DNA from: an uncultured Acidobacteriota bacterium | GTDB lineage: Bacteria; Acidobacteriota; UBA6911 | Direction: 5' to 3' | NCBI GenBank assembly: GCA_963843575.1 | Contig: CAWJKZ010000025.1 | Span: forward strand, 282,319-346,318 | Length of the DNA: 64,000 bases | Shown here: positions 9,420-19,225 of the stretch, piece after piece | How positions within the stretch are numbered: the first letter of the stretch is position 1 | How the letters are laid out: each line of letters starts with the position of its first letter | The notes under the pieces: generated by a model | Told to the model about the DNA's origin: nothing | The model's input: only the letters and a program-made list of their open reading frames with translations | Databases searched by the model: none | Made by a program: the position numbers and the translations under genes

Positions 9420-12400
9420 GTGGAACTTGCCTTCACTTCCGTCGACGCTCCGGCAGAGGGTCTTCTTCGCCAGATCTACGGCTTGAGCTTTGAACTCAGC
9501 CGCACGTACGACAATCCTTGCGACCCGGCCGAGATCGCCGCGGAGGCGGAGTTCGAGCTCCCCTCCGGCCGCAGGCTGGTCGTCCCGGCCTTCTGGTTCC
9601 AGGACTACGCGGTCGTTTCGGGCACAGAAAGCTACGAACAGTATCTTCCCGTCGGGACGGCTCACTGGCGGGCGCGGTTCCTCGCCTCCGAGCCGGGAGC
9701 ACATCAGGTTCGTTTGCGCGCCAGGGATCGCGGCGGCCCGGCGGCCGAGGCAGGCCCCTTCGCCTGCGCGATCGGCACGGAGTCCCGGGCGCGGGGACCC
9801 GTGGGGCGGCATCCCTCGGACCCGCTGGCCCTCGCCTTCGCCGACGGGTTTCCCTACCACCCGCGCGGCCACAACGTCGCCTTCGAGGACGGCAATCCCG
9901 AACTCGACGGGAGTTCCTATTACCGCGCGCTCCTGTCCAGCCTCGCCGCAGCCGGCGAAAACTGGACCCGGTTCTGGATGACCGATTTTGCGCGGACAGC
10001 ACTCGAGTGGGGTCGGAGCCACTTCTCCGGCTTTTATTCCGGGGCTGGGGTCTACTCCCAGCGCGCCGCCTGGCGCGTGGACCGTTTCATGGACCTCGCG
10101 CTGGCCGGAGACATCCAGGTTCAACTCGTCCTCAACGACCACGGCCAGTTCAGCTCCTACGTCAACCCCCGCTGGGACGAGGGGAACCCTTACGGATCGG
10201 CCGAGGGCGGGCCGGTGCCCCAGGGGAACCCCGAGCTCTTCTTCACGAACCCGTCCGCGCGCGAGCTGTTCCGGCGGCGGCTGCGTTACATCGTCGCGCG
10301 CTGGGGCGCCTACCCTAACCTGCTGTGCTGGGAACTGTGGAACGAGGTGCAGTTTGCCGGCTCGCAGGCGCGCAATTTCCGGAGCGACGCCGCGACCCGC
10401 TCCGCCGTCGTCGAGTGGCACCGCGAGATGGCGAGCCGCCTGAAGGAGCTCGACCCCTTCGGGCACATGGTCACCACCAGTTCCGACGATCCGGGGTATC
10501 CGGGCTGGTCCCCGATCTGGAACCTGCCGGCCGTCGACATGGTCCAGAGTCACCACTACGCCCAGCCCGCCGCGGCCCGCGACGCGCGGATCGTGGAATA
10601 CGTCGACGCGGCGGGTCAAGCCTATGGCAAGCCGGTGGTCGTGGCGGAGATGGGGGTCAAGGCAAGCGCCGAGCCCGAGAGCAACTACAATCCGGACACG
10701 TTCCGGGCAAATACCGCCGTCCCGGCGCGGGAGCGCACGGGCGCAAACCGCGGGCACCTCAGCGCAGGGACCACGCTCCGCAACGGAATCTGGGCCGCGG
10801 CGATGCGCCGGAGCGGCGCGATGAACTGGTGGTGGGGCTGTTATCTCCACCCCGACCCGCGCCAGGGCCGGGGCTCCCCTGATTTTCCCCTGAACGAACG
10901 GCTGTTTCCGCCCCTCGCCGAATTCTGGGGGGGCGAGCACCTGGCGCCGCCGCCGCAGAACGCCGCACTTGCCCTTACAGGGGAACTCGTCGGGTACGGC
11001 CTCCAGGGTGCCGACCGCGCCTACGTCTGGCTGAGAGACGCCCGCGAGGCCTATGACAGCGGCTTTGGACCGGCCTCGGCCGAGGACCGCCGCGTCGAGG
11101 GGGCCTCCCTGACCCTGACGGGACTCAACTCCGGGTCCTATGTCGTCTCCCCATTCGCCACCGAGGCCGGCGCCCTGGCCGCGCCGGAGTTCCTCGCGGT
11201 TGCCGCGAACGGGCGGCTCCAGGTGCCGCTCCCCCCCGTCACCGGCGATATAGCCCTGAAGATCACCGACGGAACGGAACGGGCCTGGGGCGTGGTGCCG
11301 CGCTCCGCTCGAGTCTGGGTTACCGCCGAAACGGCCGGAACGGCTGTGACGGGCCATGCGCGACTGCACCCCGCTCACGGCTCGCCCGCCCCGGCGGCCG
11401 GCGCCATCCTCACTCTCTTCCAGGGCGGGAACCCGGTCTCCGAACTGATGGTCCCGGCGGTGCCGGCCGCACGCAGTTGCTGGTCCGCCGCGGAGATCGG
11501 CGCCCCTGCGGAGGTGGGGTGGGCCGCGGCAAACCCGGGCGATGCTGGGGCCGTCGCGCGACTGGAACTCTTCGACGCTTCAGGGCAGCTCCTGCGGACG
11601 CGCACCCTCGAACTCCCGCCCGGGGGACACACCGCGCGCTTCCTGTTCGAACTGTTTCCGGGGGTGTCCGGCCCGTTCCGTGGGACCCTGCACGTGACCA
11701 GCGACCGGCCGCTGGCCGCGCTCACCCTCAGGGGCACGCAGAACGAGCGCGGGGAGTTCGTTCTCACCACGCTTCCGGCATCCAGGGGTTCCGAACCCGA
11801 AGCGCGCGGGGCCGTCGTGCTGCCGCAGGCCACCGACGGAGGCGGCTACCAAACCGAATGGTTGATGGTCAACCCCTACGACGTCGGGCTCGAGGGCACC
11901 CTGCGCTTTCACAGACCGGACGGGAGCCCCTGGGCACCGGCCGTGAACGGGACCGCGACGCCCGAGCGAGACTACTCGATAGCACCCCACGGGATCGTGC
12001 GGGAAATCTCGTCGGGGGCGGGCGCGACCGTCGAGCCGGGATACTGCACGCTGGATGCCGGCGACGGTCGCCTTCCCGTCGCGGCCGCCGTCATTCGTTT
12101 CTCCCGCCCCGGATTGCAGAGCGAAACTGGGGTCCCTTTCGTCCGGCCAGCCTTCTCGGCCGCTACCTTCTGGGAAGGGGGGAGCGAAACCGACACGGGC
12201 GTGGCGCTCGCCAACAGCTCCTCCGAGGCGAGGCGAGTCCGCCTCGAGCTGTTTGCGCGGGCCGGGATCGAGAAGAAACTTCAGACGGAAATCGACCTGC
12301 CTCCGGGACACCACACCGCGCGGCTCCTGACGGAACTGTTCCCGGAGCTGCCGCCCGGACACGGCCTGCTGCGCTGCGCTTCGGACGGCCCGGTCGGATT

Positions 12401-12623
12401 CATGGCCTTGCGGATGCGCACGACGCCTCGCGGCGACTTGCTGACGAGCAGTCTCCGGATGGGCGACGCCGGCGGCACCGCGGAACTCGTGTTCCCCCGG
12501 CTGGCCTTTGGCGGAGCCTACGAGGAGCGGTTCGTCCTTCTCAACCCAGGAGACACCACCGCCGAAGGGCGCCTGCTCTTCTTCGACTCCTCCGGCGCAC
12601 CGGTCCAGATGCTCTTCAAGTGA
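9420..12623 (+). CDS. DUF5060 plus GH5-like TIM-barrel glycoside hydrolase with repeated C-terminal beta-sandwich modules
   Basis: YDNP.DP...PAFW...WRARF (DUF5060-like); LRYIVARWG, WELWNE, KPVVVAE catalytic motifs; C-terminal NPG...LELF...ELFP repeats. Confidence 0.75.
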   Translation: MELAFTSVDAPAEGLLRQIYGLSFELSRTYDNPCDPAEIAAEAEFELPSGRRLVVPAFWFQDYAVVSGTESYEQYLPVGTAHWRARFLASEPGAHQVRLRARDRGGPAAEAGPFACAIGTESRARGPVGRHPSDPLALAFADGFPYHPRGHNVAFEDGNPELDGSSYYRALLSSLAAAGENWTRFWMTDFARTALEWGRSHFSGFYSGAGVYSQRAAWRVDRFMDLALAGDIQVQLVLNDHGQFSSYVNPRWDEGNPYGSAEGGPVPQGNPELFFTNPSARELFRRRLRYIVARWGAYPNLLCWELWNEVQFAGSQARNFRSDAATRSAVVEWHREMASRLKELDPFGHMVTTSSDDPGYPGWSPIWNLPAVDMVQSHHYAQPAAARDARIVEYVDAAGQAYGKPVVVAEMGVKASAEPESNYNPDTFRANTAVPARERTGANRGHLSAGTTLRNGIWAAAMRRSGAMNWWWGCYLHPDPRQGRGSPDFPLNERLFPPLAEFWGGEHLAPPPQNAALALTGELVGYGLQGADRAYVWLRDAREAYDSGFGPASAEDRRVEGASLTLTGLNSGSYVVSPFATEAGALAAPEFLAVAANGRLQVPLPPVTGDIALKITDGTERAWGVVPRSARVWVTAETAGTAVTGHARLHPAHGSPAPAAGAILTLFQGGNPVSELMVPAVPAARSCWSAAEIGAPAEVGWAAANPGDAGAVARLELFDASGQLLRTRTLELPPGGHTARFLFELFPGVSGPFRGTLHVTSDRPLAALTLRGTQNERGEFVLTTLPASRGSEPEARGAVVLPQATDGGGYQTEWLMVNPYDVGLEGTLRFHRPDGSPWAPAVNGTATPERDYSIAPHGIVREISSGAGATVEPGYCTLDAGDGRLPVAAAVIRFSRPGLQSETGVPFVRPAFSAATFWEGGSETDTGVALANSSSEARRVRLELFARAGIEKKLQTEIDLPPGHHTARLLTELFPELPPGHGLLRCASDGPVGFMALRMRTTPRGDLLTSSLRMGDAGGTAELVFPRLAFGGAYEERFVLLNPGDTTAEGRLLFFDSSGAPVQMLFK

Positions 12624-12653
12624 TCGCCATCCACTACCCGAACACAGACAAAA

Positions 12654-12763
12654 CAAGTGGGTCCGGGCTTGAGCCCGGACGCTGTGTGCGGCCGCTATAG
12701 CGTGCGCCCGTCGCCACATAGATCAGATCAAAAGACGTCCGGGCTGAAGCCCGGACCCACTTG
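12654..12763. repeat. REPIN family A, 110 bp (CAAGTGGGTCCGGGCTTCAGCCCGGAC ... GTCCGGGCTGAAGCCCGGACCCACTTG)
   Basis: Inverted GTGG-headed palindromes with conserved spacer; multiple copies in window. Confidence 0.9.
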
Positions 12764-12833
12764 CTTTACGCGGGGGGCACAGGAACTAATCAACGACCTC
12801 CGCCGCGGCTCTGACGGAGAGAAAGGCAGTCCG

Positions 12834-14114
12834 CTAGCCCGTGGCAGGCTCGAACACCGGACGGCGCGGATCAATGAAAGCCCACGAAAGAGCCCCGATA
12901 AGGAAAAGAACGCCCATGAGGTAAAGTGGCAGGGACCAGTCGCCATAGCGCTCGACGAGATAGACCACGATCAGGGGGCTGAAAATGCTCCCCACCTGGC
13001 CCGACGTGTTCATGGCCGCGCTGACGACCCCGGCGTGTTTGCCGCCGATATCGATGCAGGTGCTCCAGGCCGCGCCGAGCGTGAACATGCTCGCGGCGGT
13101 CGCGACGGCGATCAGCACCGCGGCCGCGACCGGGCCGGCCGCGGCGCCGGCCATGAGCATGGCTGTTCCCGCAGCCAGGTACGCCGCCCCGCCCACCCCC
13201 GCCCTGCCGGCGCGCAGGCCGAACCTGGCCGCGGCCCAATCCGTCGCCATGCCGCCGAACAGGTCGCCCAGGACGCTCAGGAGCAGCGGCATCCCGGCAA
13301 AGATCCCCAACAGGGCAGGAGAGAATTCGTGTTTCTCCTTTAGGTAGGTCGGCAGCCAGGTGATGCAGAAGTAGAACGCGTAACTGTTCGGGAAGTACAT
13401 GAGACACAGGAAGGGGATGTTGCGGTGCCCGAGGAGCCGCCGCCAGTAGGACCAGCTCGTCGCATGGGCGCCGCCGGCTTCGCGCCCCGCCAAAATGTGC
13501 TGCAGTTCCGCGGCGTTGACCTCGCGGTGCTCTTCGGGGTCGTCGCGAAACCAGCGGTGCCAGACCGTCGCCCAGACCAACCCGAGCAGCCCGAACAGGA
13601 GGAATACCGTCCGCCAGCCGACCAAGCGCCGCAACGCCATCACGACCACCGGCGTGATACCGCCGCCGAGGTGCGCACCCACAAAGAATATCCCCTGAAC
13701 CGTCCCGCGCTCCCCGCGCGGGATCCACCGGGAAAACGTGCGGGCCACGGAGGGCCAGGCCCCGGCCTCCCCCATGCCGAACAGAAAGCGCGTCACCAGC
13801 ATGGACCCATAGCTGAACGCGGCCCCCGTCGCCATCGTGAAGGCAGACCACCAGAGCACGATGCGGGTGAGGACGTTGCGTGTTCCCGTCCGGTCCGCCC
13901 ACCACGCCGTCGGGATCTCAAAAAGGGCATAGGCGAGCGCGAAAGCACTGAAGACGTACCCCATCTGGGTCTTGCTGAGCGACAGCCCCGCCCGAATGTC
14001 GTCCGAGAGGACGGCGATGCAGGCCCGGTCCAGGTACGTCAGCATCGCGAGCAGCACGGCTAACCCGACGACCCTGTAGCGGGCCCTGGTGGGCTGCTCA
14101 CCCGCAGTCTTCAT
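12834..14114 (-). CDS. MFS transporter (anion:cation symporter / glucarate-galactonate-like)
   Basis: [40 protein letters not shown], about 12 hydrophobic segments. Confidence 0.9.
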   Translation of the reverse strand: MKTAGEQPTRARYRVVGLAVLLAMLTYLDRACIAVLSDDIRAGLSLSKTQMGYVFSAFALAYALFEIPTAWWADRTGTRNVLTRIVLWWSAFTMATGAAFSYGSMLVTRFLFGMGEAGAWPSVARTFSRWIPRGERGTVQGIFFVGAHLGGGITPVVVMALRRLVGWRTVFLLFGLLGLVWATVWHRWFRDDPEEHREVNAAELQHILAGREAGGAHATSWSYWRRLLGHRNIPFLCLMYFPNSYAFYFCITWLPTYLKEKHEFSPALLGIFAGMPLLLSVLGDLFGGMATDWAAARFGLRAGRAGVGGAAYLAAGTAMLMAGAAAGPVAAAVLIAVATAASMFTLGAAWSTCIDIGGKHAGVVSAAMNTSGQVGSIFSPLIVVYLVERYGDWSLPLYLMGVLFLIGALSWAFIDPRRPVFEPATG

Positions 14115-14149
14115 GTCGTTCTCCGTCAACTGCTCGAACACAGACAAAA

Positions 14150-14259
14150 CAAGTGGGTCCGGGCTTCAGCCCGGACGTCTTTTGATCTGAGCTATATGGC
14201 GACGGGCGCACAATATAGCGAGCCCAAACTGCGTCCGGGCTGAAGCCCGGACCCACTTG
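14150..14259. repeat. REPIN family A copy, core inverted relative to 12654
   Basis: Same terminal palindromes; spacer in the reverse orientation. Confidence 0.9.
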
Positions 14260-14350
14260 CTTGGCGGGGCTGTATTATACGCCTTTGAAATCCGTCGAGT
14301 CCTGCGACTCTTCGAGGTGGGTTCTGCGGCTCCCCACCCGGAATCGTGGG

Positions 14351-14379
14351 TTTACGATCGTCGCGCCGTCCCGTACAAT
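14351..14379 (+). promoter_or_regulatory. Sigma70-like promoter TTTACG-N17-TACAAT, 9 nt before ATG 14389
   Basis: Consensus match and spacing; no Shine-Dalgarno before the ATG. Confidence 0.55.
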
Positions 14380-14388
14380 CTGATTTCT

Positions 14389-15330
14389 ATGCAGTCGGTC
14401 CTGCGCTTTGTCCTGCTCCACGCCTACGCCGTACTCTTCGGTGTCGTCTTCGCCGAGCAAGTCGGCCTTCCCGTTCCCGCGGTACCTTATCTCGTGGCGA
14501 TCGGAGCGCTTTCCGCACAAAAACTGGTTTCCTTCAAACTGGCGCTGCTGCTGGGCATGGTCGCGTCGGTGGCGGCGGACCTCCTCTGGTACGAGCTTGG
14601 CCGCAGGAAGGGAACCTCGGTGCTGCGCCTGCTGTGCCGGATTTCCATCGAACCCGACTCGTGCGTCCGCAAGACCGAAGGTCTGTTCGCGAGGCACGGA
14701 GCCTGGTCCTTCCTCTACGCCAAGTTTATTCCCGGTCTGGGGACCGTCGCGCCCCCACTTGCCGGCGCGCTCCGTTTCCCGCTCTCGCGCTTCGTTGCGC
14801 TGGATTCACTGGGATCCCTGCTCTGGATGGGAGCCTATACCGGGCTGGGATTCCTGTTCTCCGAGCAGATGGAGGCGGCGGCGCACTTTGCGACGAGCCT
14901 GGGGGCGGGGCTGTCGGCGCTGCTGGTTGCGGCGTGCGCGCTGTGGCTGATCTTCAGGGTCCGACAACGGCGGCGCGTTATGCGTGACCTGCGCGTCGCG
15001 CGGGTCACGCCCGAAGAACTCAAGCACAAGCTTGATCGGGGCGAGGCGGTCGCCATCATCGACCTGCGTCACGCCCTCTCGGCGGAGGCCGAAGGGGTCA
15101 AGCTGCCGGGCGCGCTCAGAATCCCTGCCGAGGAACTCGGAAGGCGCAGCCACGAGATCCCCAGGGACCGCGAACTCGTCCTGTATTGCACGTGACCCAA
15201 CGAAGCCACGAGCGCTCGGGTAGCGCTCATGCTGCGCCGCCTCGGGGTCACGCGCGTCCGCCCGCTCGCCGGGGGGCTCGATGCCTGGCGCGAGCTCGGC
15301 CTTCCCCTCGACCCGGTGGAGCCGGGCTGA
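14389..15330 (+). CDS. DedA/VTT-rhodanese fusion protein, putative selenoprotein (TGA 15193-15195 = Sec; YCT-U-PNE)
   Basis: DedA motifs EQVGLPVPA, AKFIPG; rhodanese domain continues in frame after TGA as PNEATSARVALMLRRLGVTRVRPLAGGLDAW to TGA 15328-15330. Confidence 0.85.
15206..15232 (+). promoter_or_regulatory. Bacterial SECIS-like hairpin GAGCGCT-CGGGT-AGCGCTC
   Basis: Perfect 7-bp stem 15210-15216/15222-15228; G-containing apical loop 21 nt downstream of the UGA. Confidence 0.7.
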
Positions 15331-15336
15331 TCCCGT

Positions 15337-16362
15337 CTATCGTGCGGCGTGTCCCACTACGACCGTGTGCGGCGACATCGGCACGGGGTGCGCCGTCACG
15401 TTCTCGTAACCGGCCTCGACGTACATCTGCTCCAGTTCGCGGAACGTGTAGGCGTCTCCGGCGACCGTGGTGCCGAGCATCGTGAGCGCGAAGGAAGCAG
15501 CCATCGGCGGCGAAACGCGGTCTTCGTTTGGAACGAACTCCAGGGTCGCGGCGAGCCCGCCCGGCCGCACCGCCGCGCGGACCTTTGCCAGCAGTGCGAC
15601 GCAGGTGGGCGGGTCGAAGTGGTGCAGGAAATTGGTGATCAGCACCACGTCGTATGGACCCTCCAGCGGCACGTCGAACGCGCTGCCCGGCAACAACTCG
15701 TACCGGTCCGCAACCCCGGCCTTGCGTGCGTTCTCCCGGGCGACTTCCAGCACCGGCGCCCAGTCGAGCGCGACGACGCGGGCCGCCGGATTCTGCTTCG
15801 CCACCTCGATGCCGAACAGGCCGTGGCCCGCCGCCACATCGAGCACGCGCATGGCTCCCCTGCGCTCCTTGAGCACGATCGCCCCGAGCGGCCCGGCCAG
15901 CGGGGCCATCATCGGGGCCATGCTGTGGGCAAACTCAACCCAGACCGGGTTCTCCGGCTCCACCGTGCCCTGTCCCTGCAGCACCGTCCGACCGGAGCGG
16001 ACGATCTCGGTCAGCCGCCGGAACGGCTCCGTCAAATCCGGCATACTCAGAAACTGGGCCGTCGTGGCCAGACATGTCGGCGAACGCGGATCCAGGAACA
16101 TCGAGCTCGCGGGGGTGTGCCGGTACGAGGACCCCTCCTTGGCTATCAAACCGGTCACCGTCAGGTAGTCGCACAGTATGCGGATGCCGCGCTCCGAGGC
16201 GGCGCATTTCTTCGCCAGGGACGGTACGTCGCCCGGCCCCTCACCGATGGCGCGGAACAGATCCAGCTCGATGGCCGTGCGCAGCGCCATGGTGCGCTGG
16301 TAAGCGGTCAGGGTCTCAAAAACAATCGCCGGCGTTGCCGGCGCTACGGAAGCACTTTGCAT
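15337..16362 (-). CDS. SAM-dependent O-methyltransferase (Methyltransf_2 with dimerisation domain)
   Basis: ALRTAIELDLF, VLDVAAGHG, NFLHHFD, GDAYT. Confidence 0.9.
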   Translation of the reverse strand: MQSASVAPATPAIVFETLTAYQRTMALRTAIELDLFRAIGEGPGDVPSLAKKCAASERGIRILCDYLTVTGLIAKEGSSYRHTPASSMFLDPRSPTCLATTAQFLSMPDLTEPFRRLTEIVRSGRTVLQGQGTVEPENPVWVEFAHSMAPMMAPLAGPLGAIVLKERRGAMRVLDVAAGHGLFGIEVAKQNPAARVVALDWAPVLEVARENARKAGVADRYELLPGSAFDVPLEGPYDVVLITNFLHHFDPPTCVALLAKVRAAVRPGGLAATLEFVPNEDRVSPPMAASFALTMLGTTVAGDAYTFRELEQMYVEAGYENVTAHPVPMSPHTVVVGHAAR

Positions 16363-16509
16363 TCTGGCCCTCCTGTCCAGAGCAGCTGCGGGTTTTGTGT
16401 CTCTCCAGGGGGGCCATGGAGTCGGGTGCAACGATGTAACTCTAGCAGGGCCGAAGGGACCATCCAAACGATTGATCCCGGAGTGCGGGCTGCCTCCGGC
16501 TACAACCTT

Positions 16510-16580
16510 TGGAGTGCGGGGCCTCGGCGCCGCTTTTACTTACGCCCTAGGGCAGGGATCCCCGGCGCCTCGGCGCCGGG
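16510..16580. repeat. REP-like family B, degenerate copy
   Basis: TGGAGTGCGGGGCCTCGGCGCCGCTTT and CCGGCGCCTCGGCGCCGG. Confidence 0.65.
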
Positions 16581-16726
16581 CCGTATCGCGGGGAAAACCG
16601 GGCGGCTGCCTCTAGCCGTGCAGCAGCGGAATGCAGACTTCGTCCGAGCCCGGGGGAAGACAACAAGGACGCCCCGGCCGTGTCGTTTTCGCGGTACTAT
16701 CCATCCCTGACGACAGGAGGATTGCC

Positions 16727-17590
16727 ATGGGGAAGATCTCGAGAAGACGGTTCCTGCGCGACAGTGCCGTGGGTATTGCGGCCGCCGGCTGTGCGGCGGG
16801 CGCCGCTTCAAAACTGAAGGCCAACCCGCTCGGCATGCCGATCGGGTTCCAGAGCTGGTCGGTGCAGCAGCTGCTCCAGAAGGATTTCGACGGAACCCTG
16901 AAGCAAATGGCCGAAGCCGGCTTCGAATCGATGGAACTGTGTTCGCCCCCGAGTTACCGCCAGTATGGGTTCGGCGGGCTGGTGAACCTGAAAGGCTCGG
17001 AGCTGCGCGACAAAATCAACGGCGCCGGCCTGAAGTGCGAAAGCTGCCACTACCAGTGGGCCGAACTGAAGACGAGCCTCGACGAGCGTGTTGCCTACGC
17101 CAAAGACCTCGGCCTGAAGCAGATGATCCTTTCCACGTTCAGTCTCCCGGCCAGGGCGACCCTCGACGACTGGAAGAAGAACGCCGATCAACTGAACAAA
17201 ATGGGGGAGACGGCGCGCTCCGCCGGCATCCAGCTCGGGTTCCACAACCACGACTTCGAGTTCAAGGAGATCGGCGGCACCCTCATTTACGACGAACTCC
17301 TCAAAATCTTCGACCCGAAGCTCGTCAAGCTGCAGTTCCAGGTCGCGGTCATCAGCCTCGGCTACGAGGCCGACAAGTATTTCACGAATTATCCGGGGCG
17401 ATTCGTTTCGCTGCACCTGGTCGATTGGGCCCCGGCCGAGAAGAAGCAGGTGGCCGTGGGCCAGGGCGCCATCGACTTGAAGAAACTCTTCGCCGCCGCA
17501 AAAACGGGGGGCATCCAGAACTACTTCCTGGAAATGCCGCTCGACCTGATGAAGCCGAGCGTACCGTACCTGAAGGCCCTGGAACTTTGA
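16727..17590 (+). CDS. Sugar phosphate isomerase/epimerase (xylose-isomerase-like TIM barrel) with TAT leader
   Basis: AGGAGG RBS; SRRRFL leader; GFHNHDFEF, SLHLVD, VGQGAID. Confidence 0.85.
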   Translation: MGKISRRRFLRDSAVGIAAAGCAAGAASKLKANPLGMPIGFQSWSVQQLLQKDFDGTLKQMAEAGFESMELCSPPSYRQYGFGGLVNLKGSELRDKINGAGLKCESCHYQWAELKTSLDERVAYAKDLGLKQMILSTFSLPARATLDDWKKNADQLNKMGETARSAGIQLGFHNHDFEFKEIGGTLIYDELLKIFDPKLVKLQFQVAVISLGYEADKYFTNYPGRFVSLHLVDWAPAEKKQVAVGQGAIDLKKLFAAAKTGGIQNYFLEMPLDLMKPSVPYLKALEL

Positions 17591-17761
17591 TCTTCGAAAT
17601 CCTCGAGCTCTTTAGGCCCAGATTAACGCGGCTGGCGAATGGTGTTCTTCTGCGCCTGAACCGGTCAAGGAAGATAAGAGCAAAGGCAGAACGCGGGTAT
17701 CCGCGGATTTGACGGGTCCACACGGATCTGCCGGACGCGGCCGTGTCACCAATGCCTTTGT

Positions 17762-17866
17762 TTTGGCGTGGGTCACGATCAAATCGGCGGCTGGGTTTTT
17801 CTGCACGTCCACACACCCCGTCGGCATCGACAACAACAATAGCGCGGCTGCGCAAGACGGACGCAT
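17762..17866 (-). pseudogene. N-terminal relic of an amidohydrolase-3-like lipoprotein
   Basis: Signal/lipobox-like LLLLSMPTGC followed by PAADLIVTHAK, then breaks into repeat DNA. Confidence 0.4.
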
Positions 17867-17913
17867 CGGTCACCTCTAAGACGCGAAGGATCCATAGAGC
17901 CGCAAATGACAGG

Positions 17914-18208
17914 TCACGGCACTTCGAGGTCGGCGACCACCGGGTGGTGATCCGATGCCATGGGGGCGGGCGGCTCCGCGGCCACCCGGACCATGGAGAC
18001 CCGCACTGCGGGCGAAGCGAAAATGTAATCGATGCGCCGGTCCGGCGGCTTCCCGGGCGCCGCCGGCAGCGTGAGTCCGGCCCCGTAGCCCCGCGCCATG
18101 ATGGATGTTGTAGCTCATGACACGAAACCCGCGTCGTTCGGCGCCCGCGCCCGCCCCGCACGCCAGCGCCGCCGACAGCAGCAATGCTGCCCCGCCTGAC
18201 TTCCCCAT
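17914..18208 (-). pseudogene. Endonuclease/exonuclease/phosphatase (EEP) gene with large internal deletion
   Basis: Signal peptide plus RVMSYNIHHG fused out of frame at about 18090 to C-terminal RIDYIF...ASDHHPVVADL. Confidence 0.75.
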
Positions 18209-18344
18209 GGGACCTTTGTATTTTATGCCGCCGCCGCTGTCAAGCCGGGCGCCGGCGCCAACCCCGGATGAGGGTTGCCACGGGAACCGCAACTCCCTAC
18301 AATCCCGGAGACGCCGGCGCCAACTCGAGGCCGTGAGGTATCCA

Positions 18345-19106
18345 ATGAACTACGGAAAGACGAAGGTGGTTGTCTGCAGGGACGAGTTCGAACTCGGCCG
18401 CCGGGCGGCGTCGGATGTCGCCTCCAGGGTCAGGGAGTTGCTCGCCCTGAGGGATGAAGTCCGGATCGTCTTCGCCGCGGGGGAAAGTCAGGTGACCTTT
18501 CTCGCCGGCCTGGCCTCCGAAAAGGACATCGACTGGACCCGCGTCGTCTGCTTCAACATGGACGACTTCTACGACCGGACCCTGCCGGAAGAGTTCACCT
18601 GCGGCCACCAGACCCGGACCCAGCTCTACGACAAGGTCAAGCCCAGGGGCGCGCACCTCGTCCGCTACAACGCCCCCGACCCCGAGGCGGAAGCCCGACG
18701 GTTCGAACAGGTGCTGCGGCAGGCGGGCCCCATCCATGTCCTTTGCCAGGGGATCGGCACTTCCGGCCACCTGGCGCTCAATGAACCCTACGACACCGAT
18801 TTCCTGGACAGCAGATGGGTGCGGGTGGTCTCGCTCGCAGAGCAGTCCAAGATTCAGCTCAGCGAGGATCCGAACTTCAAGGCGCTGGGCTATATCCCCT
18901 CCACCGGCATAACCATCACCATCCCCGCCCTTTTAGCCGCGGAGAACACCTTCACCATGGTGCCGCTGCGTCTCAAGCGGCCCATCCTCGAGAGGCTTTT
19001 TGCCCTCCGCGAGCCCACCGAGGCGCTTCCAGCCTCCGTCCTGCTCGAGGTCGAAGGGACGCTCTACCTCGATCGGAACTCCTGTCCCGAGGAGCTGCAG
19101 GCTTGA
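18345..19106 (+). CDS. Glucosamine-6-phosphate deaminase / 6-phosphogluconolactonase family protein
   Basis: FAAGESQ, IDWTRV.CFNMDDF, GIGTSGHLALNEP, ITITIPALL. Confidence 0.85.
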   Translation: MNYGKTKVVVCRDEFELGRRAASDVASRVRELLALRDEVRIVFAAGESQVTFLAGLASEKDIDWTRVVCFNMDDFYDRTLPEEFTCGHQTRTQLYDKVKPRGAHLVRYNAPDPEAEARRFEQVLRQAGPIHVLCQGIGTSGHLALNEPYDTDFLDSRWVRVVSLAEQSKIQLSEDPNFKALGYIPSTGITITIPALLAAENTFTMVPLRLKRPILERLFALREPTEALPASVLLEVEGTLYLDRNSCPEELQA

Positions 19107-19116
19107 CCCTCACGAG

Positions 19117-19198
19117 GGGCGCCTCGGCGCCCCCGCCAGACCGAGGTTGCAGCGTCGCAAGCTCGCAATTCGGCGTGGCGCCGAGGCGCCGCACTCCA
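19117..19198. repeat. REP-like family B copy between convergent genes
   Basis: GGCGCCTCGGCGCC ... GGCGCCGAGGCGCCGCACTCCA. Confidence 0.8.
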
Positions 19199-19225
19199 GG
19201 ATCGATCATTAAACACCGTGATGCC

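Noticed and set aside
9402-9420. TGA read-through fusing DUF2238 to the in-frame GH gene
   Set aside because: No Cys-type context or evident SECIS; the DUF2238 protein appears complete.
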